Below, in pieces: positions 36,257 through 45,596 of a stretch of 45,596 bases of DNA (position 1 is its first letter; each line of letters opens with the position of its first letter). A model generated the notes under the pieces. That model had not been told where the DNA came from and ran no database searches. It saw only the letters and a program-made list of their open reading frames with translations. The stretch spans positions 23,268,405-23,314,000 of the forward strand of contig NC_059439.1 of assembly GCF_021028975.2 (NCBI RefSeq), given 5' to 3'. The DNA comes from Sphaerodactylus townsendi. Lineage: Eukaryota. Made by a program: the position numbers and the translations under genes.

Positions 36257-37198
36257 TTAAAAAAATCCCTGCTTGAACTTTTTAGGAATAGGAATCTTTC
36301 TAACCATTTTTCTGAATGCATCCTTTACCTCCTTATTTCTCAAGCTGTATATAAGAGGATTTGCAATTGGGGGCAGCACTGTATACAAGAGGGAGAAAAC
36401 CTTTCTGAGATTCTTCAGTGCTTCAGTCTTTGGTATCATATACACAATCATTATGGCCCCATAGAAAGTACAAACAACAATAAGGTGAGAGGAACAAGTG
36501 GAAAAAGCCTTCTTCCTCCCCACGGTTGAAGGAATTCTCAAGACAGTAGTTATGATGTATACATAGGAAGTTAAAGTAAGGAGAAACGGGGGTAAGGTAA
36601 ATACAAAAGTCAAGATAAAGCTCAACAGTTCTACCAGATCAGTGTCACTACAGGAGAGTTTTATAAGTGGTACTGAATCACAGAAATAATGATCTATTTC
36701 ATTGGAGTCACAGTACGTCAACTGTAGCATGACACTCAACAGGGTGATGGTGCCTAGAAGTCCATTTATCCATGAGCAAGCTGCTAGCTGGATGCACATT
36801 TGTGCGTTCATGTTTGTTGCATAATGCAGTGGTTTGCATATCGCTAAATATCTGTCATAAGACATTACTGAGAGGAGATAACATTCCGTTGCCAATAAAT
36901 ACCCAAAGAAAAAGAATTGTACATAGCATTCAGTAAATGTAATCTTATTTTCATCCGCCAGCAAACCTGCCAACATCTTGGGCAAAATGTTTGATATATA
37001 GCAGGTTTCCAGGCATGACAAATTGCCAAGAAAGAAATACATAGGAGTGTGAAGCTGATGATCAACTACAACTAAAAAAATAATGAGAAGATTTCCAGTC
37101 ATAGCTATGATGTAAACCAATAGAAAAGCAAAGAAGATAACATTTTGCCCTTGACTGAATTCCCCAAAACCCAAGAGGATAAACCCAGTGATATTCAT
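36257..37198 (-). CDS. Olfactory receptor, class II, intact ORF 313 aa with a short N-terminus; paralogue of 28526-29458
   Basis: MNITGFILLGF; [47 protein letters not shown]. Confidence 0.92.
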   Translation of the reverse strand: MNITGFILLGFGEFSQGQNVIFFAFLLVYIIAMTGNLLIIFLVVVDHQLHTPMYFFLGNLSCLETCYISNILPKMLAGLLADENKITFTECYVQFFFFGYLLATECYLLSVMSYDRYLAICKPLHYATNMNAQMCIQLAACSWINGLLGTITLLSVMLQLTYCDSNEIDHYFCDSVPLIKLSCSDTDLVELLSFILTFVFTLPPFLLTLTSYVYIITTVLRIPSTVGRKKAFSTCSSHLIVVCTFYGAIMIVYMIPKTEALKNLRKVFSLLYTVLPPIANPLIYSLRNKEVKDAFRKMVRKIPIPKKFKQGFF

Positions 37199-37237
37199 CT
37201 GTTTTGCTCACTAGGTTTGCTCCATAGCATATGCATA

Positions 37238-37513
37238 GGAGCCGTGTGGCGTAGTGGTTAAGTGCTTGCACTGCCACTCACATGGTCAGGAGTTCGTGTC
37301 CCCTATGGGTCAGATATCCTGGCAGCTGGCTCATGGTCAACTCAGCCATCCATCCATTCCTTGGTCGTTAAATGAGTACCTAGCACATAGCTAGGGGGTG
37401 AAGAATAGCCGGGGAAAGCAATGGCAAACTACCCACAAGAACAGCTTGCCTATGAAATCACTGCTTGCAGTGGTACCCCAGGGTCAGACACGACTGAAGG
37501 GGAAACTTTACCT
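37238..37513 (+). mobile_element. Sauria SINE (BovB/RTE-type 3' end), full length
   Basis: A box GTGGCGTAGTGG, B box GAGTTCGTGTCC, core GGTCAACTCAGCC...AAATGAGTACC, end GTCAGACACGACTGAAGGGGAAACTTTACCT; 9-bp TSD ATATGCATA. Confidence 0.9.
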
Positions 37514-38604
37514 ATATGCATAAAAGACTAAATGTATGTGGCAATATACTTTGGATAGAAAAAAAAATAGAAACCATGAAGGCTAATAGATGTTCAAATG
37601 GATATATCAGGTTTTGTTTGAGTTTAGTAGTTTTGAGAGATGCAAGGTGAGTTCTGAAAATGAACCATCTTCTGCCACTGTGCATCAACTTGAGTTCATC
37701 AAGCCATCTTCTCCATTCATGGTAGTTCAGATATTGAAAGAACATATACACGCAGTTATCCCTGATTGAAGAGAAATCAATAAGTACGGTGTTAGAAAGA
37801 CTGCATCTCAGTGGTAGTTTACTACTATGGTGCTGGAGGCAAGATTCTTAACAAAACTGATAGAACAACATTTAAATAGATACTGCTAAATAATATAGTA
37901 TGTTACAAATTATATCTTCTAGGAAAGCATGAAAAGGTAAATATCCTACTAATCAGTATTGCTTTTTCTTTCTGAAGTGTCATGTTTTCAAGTTAATTAA
38001 AACACTAACTCAAATAACTTGTTCTAACCAACTGAGGCATTTGGAGACATTTCAGTTACTGTGATGGTTCAACATGCTACAAATGGGTAAGTTTTTATGC
38101 ACTGAAATTTGGAAAGGCAGAAACAAGGTTTCCTTTCTAACTCTGTAGTGATATCTTTGTAATTTCATATATCACCAAATAACTGAATTCAAAGCATACA
38201 ATTAGCAAGAATGGAAGAATTCTAATCCAGTCTACATGCTCTGAATTATGTAAGGAAGGAAATTTACCTACCTCTATGGTATGTTTAAGAGGGCTCTCTT
38301 CCTGTTGATTCAAGATGAAGATGCCACAGTTTCTTTCTTCTCTTTCTCATTGTATTTAGGTTTGTTCATTTTGTTTGCAAAGAGACTTTTATTTAACAAC
38401 TGCCTGATAAAATTTATGTGGAATAATTATCCCAAAGAGAATATTTGCTCTTTACCAGTGTTTTAAAATCACAGGAGAATGCTCTCTTGAAGCTTCAGTT
38501 AATTGACCTTTTTAATCAGTGTATGAAAAGCTGAGCATTACAGGTGTAAAAGTGGAAACCCACAAGGACTTGCAAGAGGCAACTTATTTCCACTTTCCCT
38601 TTCC

Positions 38605-38940
38605 TGGAAGTTGTCAGTGCCAGACTGGGAAATTCCTGGAGATGTAAGGATGGAGTTCTGGGAGGTGTTGTTGGGAATGGAAACAACCTGAGCAACGTAT
38701 AATGGCAAAGGCTCATTCCGCACACGCAGAATAATGCACTTTCAAGCTGCTTTCAGGGCTCTTTGAAGCTGTGCGGAATGGCAAAAACAGTTGTGAAAGC
38801 AGCTTGAAGGTGCATTATTTTGCGTGTGCGGAATGAGCCATAGAGTCCACCCTCCAAAGCAGCCCTTTTCTCCAGGTGAACTGGAAGTCAGTTGAAATTT
38901 TGGGAGATCTCCATGTCCAACCTGGACACTGGCAACTCTA
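38605..38940. mobile_element. Old element with (TA)GGGTTGCCA-type termini (hAT-Blackjack-like), interrupted by a MITE
   Basis: GAAGTTGTCAG ... CTGGCAACTCTA; related termini at 6398, 27663 and ~39480. Confidence 0.5.
38710..38839. mobile_element. Palindromic Harbinger-like MITE, nested
   Basis: TIR GGCTCATTCCGCACACGCA, almost fully self-complementary; flanks AAA/ATA. Confidence 0.87.
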
Positions 38941-39019
38941 GTTTCCCTGGAAGAAATGACTGCTTTGGAGCATGGAATCTATGGTATTATACACATCTGA
39001 GGTCCTTCTTTTCCTTAAA

Positions 39020-39268
39020 TCTAATCTGGAGGAACCGGGTTTGATTCCCAGCTCTGCCGCCTGAGCTGTGGAGGCTTATCTGGGGAATTCAGATTAGCCT
39101 GTACACTCCCACATACGCCAGCTGGCTGACCTTGGGCTAGTCACAGCTTCTCGGAGCTCTCTCAGCCCCACTTATCTCACAGGGTGTTTGTTGTGAGGGG
39201 GGAAGGGCAAGGAGATTGTAAACCCCTTTGAGTCTCCTGCAGGAGAGAAAGAGGGGATATAAATCCAA
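39020..39268 (+). mobile_element. Squam3-like SINE, 5'-clipped, tail falls in gap
   Basis: Reverse complement of 9035-9285. Confidence 0.85.
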
Positions 39269-40560
39269 NNNNNNNNNNNNNNNNNNNNNNNNNNNNNNNN
39301 NNNNNNNNNNNNNNNNNNNNNNNNNNNNNNNNNNNNNNNNNNNNNNNNNNNNNNNNNNNNNNNNNNNNNNNNNNNNNNNNNNNNNNNNNNNNNNNNNNNN
39401 NNNNNNNNNNNNNNNNNNNNNNNNNNNNNNNNNNNAGGGTCCACCTTCCAAATCTCCAGGTATTTCCTAACCTGGAGTTAGCAACTCTATTTCCTTTCCA
39501 CACAATAGCCAACCCACCTTTATCTGATCCATCAGCTTTCCCTCTCTCCTCTCAAAAGTTTCTACCTGGGAAAACTGTTGCTCAGTTGTGTGGTGTTAGA
39601 TCCACTTCCAAGGTGATCTCAAGGATTTGTGAGGTGACACCTCATTTTCCCCTCTATCCACTATTTTCTTTTTTCCTCCTCCTGGCAACCTCCATATGTT
39701 CTCCCCTTTTGTTGACCCATTCTCAAGCATTCAGAACCCCATCTTTTATCTGCCTCCCATTTTCAGCCATATTAATTATTTATTTACTTCATTTACCCCA
39801 ACTTTCTCCACAGTGGGAACAAAAACAGCCTTCTGACAGAACCAAGCCTTGGAACACTGTGTTGCTTAGCCAGAGCACTGAGGGAATCTGTTGCTTAAAG
39901 CTACAGGCACTCTTTTTTATAGTTTGTGGTTGTATTTTTTAAAAATCCCTAATATATGTGCACATATTTTACATTTTTCTGAAATCCCGGGTCCCCTTTT
40001 GGGTTTGTAGAAAGATCTCTCTTGCCCATTCACAGCTGTAGTCACCAAATTTAAATATCAAAAGATTTAGTCAACTTTACTATTTAGTCAACTTTATATT
40101 AGAATATAAGATATTCAACAGGTACTGGAGGCAATTGTTATGTGACTGTCCATGCAATTTCATTGTGGTAATGCTGAGTACTGCCCTCCTCTGTTCTTCT
40201 TTCTAAGGCAAGAATAGAGGGCAATTATATGATCATTCATGTTCTCTCTTTTTTAAAAAAAAGACTAAGAAGACAACTTTTCCCCTTCCAGATAACTTAT
40301 TTGTGTTTTCAGTTCTATTTAGTTGTAATTTTTGTAACGCCATTAAGGGTTTGTTTGGGCTCACCTTTTTTAAAATCCATGTAAACAAAGCAAAGGTAGT
40401 CAAGTGAATTTTTCTAGTGGCTGAAGTCAAACATACATTTCAAGTTTGGTGGGATTTGTTAATCACAGAATTGGTCAAAGCAATTATTTAGAACTTTATG
40501 TTGTGTATATGAATTACTTTCACCATAAATATAATTAGGTTTATGGTTCACTGTGTAGTA

Positions 40561-41497
40561 CCATATATACTCATGTATAAGTCGAATTTTTCAGCACATT
40601 TTTAATGTTGAAAAAAATCCCCTCGACTTATATGCGGGTCATTAAAAATTTTTTGTGTGTTTTTACTTTGCCAGCCAGCAGGGGGAGCAGTTTTTATGCT
40701 AGCAGCACCAAAATTTCAGGGTACCCTCAGAAGACTCTCCTGATGATACCAGCCAAGGTTGGTAAAGTTTGGTTCAGGGGGTCCAAAGTTATGGATTCCC
40801 AAAGGAGGTGCCCCCATTCCCCATTGTTTTCTATGGGAGTTATTAGTAGATGGGGCTACCCTTTTGAGGGTCCATAACTTTGGATTCTTTCTGAGTCTCG
40901 AATCTTCATTTCAAACCTGGCTGGTCCTACTAGGGGAGTCTCCTTTATGATACTGTACCAGGTTTGGTGGAAGTTTGGGTCAGGGGATCCAAAGTTATTG
41001 ACCCCTCTAAAGGAGATGCCACCCCATCCCCCATTGTTTGCTAAATGGAAGCTTTTACAGTAGATTTTTTCATTTCTGATAATATCCCTCTTAAAATCTA
41101 AGTTGGGTTACATTTGGACATACAGATGATGATGAGGAATCTAGTTTCTAGCGGATTTTAACTCCTGTGTTTTAGCTTGGTTGCTGGTTGAGCTTAAGGT
41201 TTTTGCACTTTTTGTGTTATTGTTGATACCATATTGTTCTTGTTGACCCTCTTTTCCACTTACAGAGCCAGTTTACTGTTTTTCTTTGAAATAAATATTC
41301 AAAAATATTTAACCTACTGATGCCTCAATTGATGTAATTTTATTGGCATCTATTTTTTTTATTTTTGAAATTTACCAGCAGCTGCTGCATTTCCCACCCT
41401 TGACTTATACACGAGTCACTAAGTTTCCCCAGTTTTTTGTGGTAAAATTAGGTGCCTCGACTTATATGCAGGTCGACTTATACACGAGTATATACGG
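40561..41497. mobile_element. Non-autonomous Tc/mariner (Tc2-like) DNA transposon
   Basis: TA|CCATATATACTCATGTATAAGTCGA ... TCGACTTATACACGAGTATATACGG|TA; subterminal CTCGACTTAT repeats; internal ~200-bp direct repeat; no transposase ORF. Confidence 0.88.
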
Positions 41498-41878
41498 TAA
41501 GGATCTTGTTACATGCTACATAGTTCTTGTGTGTGCCATATTCCTTGTAACTATTATGACTGCTAGTGCACAAAACCAACCTGTGTTTTTCTGCAATTGA
41601 ATCATAACAGGTTGATAGCACCATCACAGATTTGAATATTTCTGGATTACTCTTCTGATCTTTTTCTCCTTTTTGGCTCTAGCTTGGCAAGCAATTCCTT
41701 TATCAATGGAAGTTTCTTCCTCACTTGGCTTTTATACATCCAAGTCACATGACTTCCAGCAGAGCCCTTTTTAGTATAGTGGACCCCTCCTCACTTTTTC
41801 ATGAATGGCAAAGGGTTGACATTGTTCATACCCATTCTTTCTTTATTTTCATAGCAAGTGATGGTTTCATTTGACAAA

Positions 41879-41925
41879 TGGACTCTGGTCTGATCCAGCA
41901 GGTTCTTTCTTATGTTCTTATGTTC
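41879..41925 (+). mobile_element. Tiny CR1 3' tip
   Basis: TGGACTCTGGTCTGATCCAGC...(TTCTTATG)2TTC. Confidence 0.75.
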
Positions 41926-42521
41926 CTGAATTCCCATTTAATCACTTTCTTTTCTTTTTTTCTCCTCAGATGTTTATTAAAAATACTGTAGCATTGTGAT
42001 ACAAAAATACAATTATAAAAGGAAAATAATGGAAGAGTGGGAGCAGAAACCTGGTTCTCCAGGTTAGACTCTACTGCTCTTAATCACTATATCCCACTGG
42101 TTCTCTGAGAACTGTTATTTAGTTAGAATTATTTGGTTATATTTTTAAATCCCAAACCTTTACATTTGGTTATATTAAGTTTTGCTTCTTCTTTATTTAT
42201 ATAACATCAAGTACTTCTTTTTTTTAAAAAAAATGTTGTCTTTATAGTAGTGCATTAGATCTCTGTAGGCAAACCACCATGCTACCTCCTCATCCACCAG
42301 AGAAAATCAGGTAACTAAGTGGCCAGATAATTGTTTAGGAAGTGGCTTTGAAATGCATATTCTCATTAGGAGACCAAAAAGTATCAAAATAAAATAATTT
42401 TATTTTCCTGGAAGGACAAACAATGCTTTTGGTTTTTAAGACTTCACTACATACACTTGGAACCATGTAAGAGACTGATCTTGGAGATAGCTTCACTATA
42501 CAATATAATGTTTCACAGAGA

Positions 42522-43030
42522 GAGATATTCCGCATGGGCCGTATACAGCGCCCTAGGGATGGCAAAAACGCCGTCCTTAGGGAGCTGTTCGCATGGGGGG
42601 CGCAGCTGCTTTGCAGTTGCTCTGCCCTCGCTCCTCCCCAGCGGCGCAAAGCTGCCATTTTCCCACCTTGCTCCCCGAGCAAGGTTTTTGGGAAACAGCA
42701 GTTTCCAGCCGCTGCTGTGTGAACAGCAGCGGCTGGAAGGCGCCATCCCTTCCCCCTTTCCCAATTAACTTACCTTCCCTGCAACCGTCCGGCGCGTCAC
42801 CGAGGCCTGGGGACACGCCCTCCTGCCCTGCGACTCCGGAGCGGTCGTGCAGGGCAGGGAGGCGTGTCCCCTGGCCTCAGCGACATGCAGGATGGTCGCA
42901 GGGAAGATATGTTGATCGGGCCATGGCGCTCCGCGGCGCCATCTTCCCTGTCGTTCCCGGGACCGTTGTGCATGAAGACATCCATCATGTATGCCGACCC
43001 AACCCCCAGCATGGCCGTGCGGAAGTGGCC
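42522..43030. mobile_element. GC/CpG-rich multi-hairpin MITE, Harbinger-like
   Basis: Termini ...TTCCGCATGGGCC / GGCCGTGCGGAAGTGGCC share the TTCCGCA core of the small MITEs; flanks AGA/ATA; three internal stem-loops. Confidence 0.78.
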
Positions 43031-44159
43031 ATACAGTGAGTCAGAGGCAGCACATTCTGGGGGAGGCAAATTCCCCTCTGGAAACAGCACAGGCTTACAC
43101 CAGCAGATTTCACTTCCCTGAGGCACTTACCCCAACAGAGGGGCAAATCTCCCACTGCAGTGCCCTGCAACAGCTGACCACAGTGCTGGACCTCATGTCG
43201 GCCCTCTTGAACTGCCCCCAGCTGTGTCAGCTTGGCAGGGGCATGGTGGGGCATTCCCAGGGGTGGAGCTGACCTCAGTTGACTTCCATTGTTTAGCCCC
43301 CTTGTGGTGGCAGGCTCAGGCTCAGAGGTATGGCACATCTCTTTGGAGGGGGCAAGGTGGAGTCAGAATGAAACTGTCCCAGCATGCCCAATAGCTTTGG
43401 ACTGGGCTGAGAAAGAGGGAAAGAAATTGCCCAATTACTTGATAAGAATTTTTTTAAAAATCTTTCCTGCAATGTTCCAAACCTTAGTTATAGATTACTG
43501 GTGCTTATACCACACAAACCTCAGTCTGTTCCTGGTTGGGAAAACATAGCTTGACCACCAACATATGCCACTTCTGCCAATTGGCACAAACCAATCTGCT
43601 TCTGAATGAACAGACTATTAGACAGAGTTCTTCCTGACCTGCCTATAATACTTCTAGACCCCATCTGAAGAATAGGCAGAAAAACCAATCATTTTTACAC
43701 TACTTACTTCCTCTCTTATATTCCCCTCAGAGTTCCAGGAACCTGGTTTGTCATTTCCATCTTCTCCAATACAGGGAGATTGGTGGCTAACAGGAAAAAA
43801 AAGAGAATTACTTAGTGTGGTCTGTGGTAGACCCCTAATTTTATGGAACAATGGCTCTTTGTGAACGTATGATAAGCATAATATTTAACTATTGAATCTT
43901 GCTTGTGTGGATATGTTTAATTATTTAGAAGTGCCTTCCTCCTGAACAAGTGTTTAACTTTAAATAAGCATGGTTGAAAAAATATTTAGTGAACACCACC
44001 GCTGATTAATTATCTTTGGTGTGTCAGTCAGGACTACTGTGGGTTGAATCCAGACAGCCTAATTCCCTTGCTTATTATACCTACTATCCCACATAGCTAC
44101 TGTCTGTACAGGATCCATGAGCTCAAGAGAAGTCCATTTGGTGATCAAAAGGGATCTAT

Positions 44160-44440
44160 GGGCCTTTCCCCACTTACCTTAAGCCCCGCGCTACTCTCCT
44201 CAAGTAGCGCAGGGTCCCCCAGCACTCCCCACGACAGGGGCGGCGACAGCGCAGCCGCCCCGATGCTGCCACTGTCGCGCCCCCTCAGCACGCGGCATCC
44301 CTAGTGCTCTTGTAAATGGCCCCTTTTGATGACCCTGCACAGAGCACGGGGTTGTGGGGACGCCCGGGTGCACGCCAGGGATGCCGCACGCTGAGAGCAG
44401 TGCGCAGCATAGGGGGATCGTGGTGAGTGGGTAAACGCCC
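44160..44440. mobile_element. GC-rich multi-hairpin MITE, Harbinger-like
   Basis: TIRs GGGCCTTTCCCCACTTACC / GGTGAGTGGGTAAACGCCC; TSD TAT/TAT; internal inverted repeats. Confidence 0.85.
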
Positions 44441-44592
44441 TATATTGCCCTTTTCATGAGGAGAATAGCCAGTTGCCTCCTAACCTTTGTCTTTTATTTT
44501 TAGTCTCCCACAGATCAACTTCCTAGGTATAAATGACAATATCTACTTTGTTATATATGGATCACATTGATTCATTTGATGGATGTCGCTTT

Positions 44593-45528
44593 TTATGGAA
44601 CAATTTTCTTAATCATCGTTCTGAAAGCCTCTTTGACTTCTTTGTTTCTCAGGCTGTATATGAATGGGTTGGCCAGAGGAGGCAAAACTACATACAGGAG
44701 AGAGAGAAACTTCTGCATACTTCTCTTTCCTTCAGTTTTTGGCAGCATAAATACCACCATTAGAGACCCATAGAAAATGCCCACCACTAACAAGTGAGAT
44801 GAGCAGGTCAAAAAGGCTTTCTGTCTCCCACACGCAGAAGGAATTTTAAACACAGCCGCTAAAATATACACATAGGATGTCAAGGTGAGAAGAAAAGGAC
44901 AAAGTGTAAAAAGGCCAGCCACAATAAAGCCCATGATTTCTATTAAGTTGGTGTCACTACAAGAAAGTTTTAGGAGGGGGTAATAGTCACAAAAATAATG
45001 ATCCATTTCATTGGGGCCGCAAAAGGGTTTCTGCAACAGCAAAAGGAGCAATATCAAAACAGCTAAAAATCCATTGATCCAGGATGCAGTTGCTAACTGG
45101 ACGCAAGTCTGGCCCTTCATGACAGTTTCATAATGCAATGGTTTGCAGACGGCGAGATACCTGTCATAAGACATCACACAAAGCAAGCAACATTCTGCGG
45201 CTATCAAAGAATCACAGAGATACCACTGAGTGAGGCAGCCGCAGAATGAAATCATTTTGTTCTCAGTCAGGAGAGCTGAAAGCATCCTTGGAAATATTGT
45301 GGTGCTATAACAGGCATCCATGAAGGAGAGATTACCCAAGAAGAAGTACATGGGAGTATGCAGGTGTTGATCCAGAAAAACTAGTACAAATATGAGAAGG
45401 TTTCCCATTATAGTCACAATGTAAATCACTAGTAATATCAGGAAAAGGGGCATCTGCATGTTATAAAGTTCTCCAAATCCCAGAAGGAGGAATTCTGTTA
45501 TCCTTGTCTCATTTCCTGACATCATCAT
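44593..45528 (-). CDS. Olfactory receptor, class II, intact, 311 aa
   Basis: ATG 45528 MMMSGNET; LHTPMYFFLGNLS, MSYDRYLAVCKPLHY, HYFCD, KAFLTC, PLANPFIY; acceptor TTTTTCAACAG at ~45546. Confidence 0.96.
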   Translation of the reverse strand: MMMSGNETRITEFLLLGFGELYNMQMPLFLILLVIYIVTIMGNLLIFVLVFLDQHLHTPMYFFLGNLSFMDACYSTTIFPRMLSALLTENKMISFCGCLTQWYLCDSLIAAECCLLCVMSYDRYLAVCKPLHYETVMKGQTCVQLATASWINGFLAVLILLLLLLQKPFCGPNEMDHYFCDYYPLLKLSCSDTNLIEIMGFIVAGLFTLCPFLLTLTSYVYILAAVFKIPSACGRQKAFLTCSSHLLVVGIFYGSLMVVFMLPKTEGKRSMQKFLSLLYVVLPPLANPFIYSLRNKEVKEAFRTMIKKIVP

Positions 45529-45596
45529 ATGGAAAGAATCAAGTCCTGTTGAAAAAGGAACATGCAATTATTTGATGAACGAAGAATGAAGGTTGC

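Larger units (their letters stand above)
32304..36388. repeat. ~2 kb direct tandem duplication (32304-34331 and 34328-36388)
   Basis: 32304ff matches 34328ff; 34150-34331 matches 36210-36388; ACAA microhomology at all three breakpoints. Confidence 0.92.

Noticed and set aside
32304-36388. Duplication as a haplotype assembly artefact
   Set aside because: Junction lies in contiguous sequence with microhomology, and the copies carry reciprocal TE differences; not fully excluded without reads

Overview
Vertebrate nuclear DNA from a gapped draft assembly (poly-G artefact plus 6 N-gaps). The host is a squamate and probably a gecko, inferred from the Squam3-type and Sauria SINEs. The window holds part of a class II olfactory receptor (OR) cluster: four intact single-exon ORs (1554-2519, 28526-29458, 36257-37198, 44593-45528; all minus strand), two ORs with clustered frameshifts (9383-10350 minus, 22023-23045 plus) and one 3' OR fragment made by a ~2 kb tandem duplication (32304-36388). 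Intergenic DNA is dense in TEs: Squam3-like and Sauria SINEs; CR1, L2 and RTE-X-like LINE 3' ends; a complete non-autonomous Helitron with nested insertions; hAT, Tc/mariner and many PIF/Harbinger-like MITEs; and a tailless 7SK retropseudogene. I cannot support a new protein-coding system here. The best leads are a family of GC-rich multi-hairpin MITEs whose long stems are kept while the arm sequences differ, a modular foldback element with a possible excision footprint, a remodelled OR 5' end next to a SINE, OR 'pseudogenes' that may be assembly noise, and candidate Lhx2/EBF-type regulatory DNA. All family names come from recalled motifs, not database searches.
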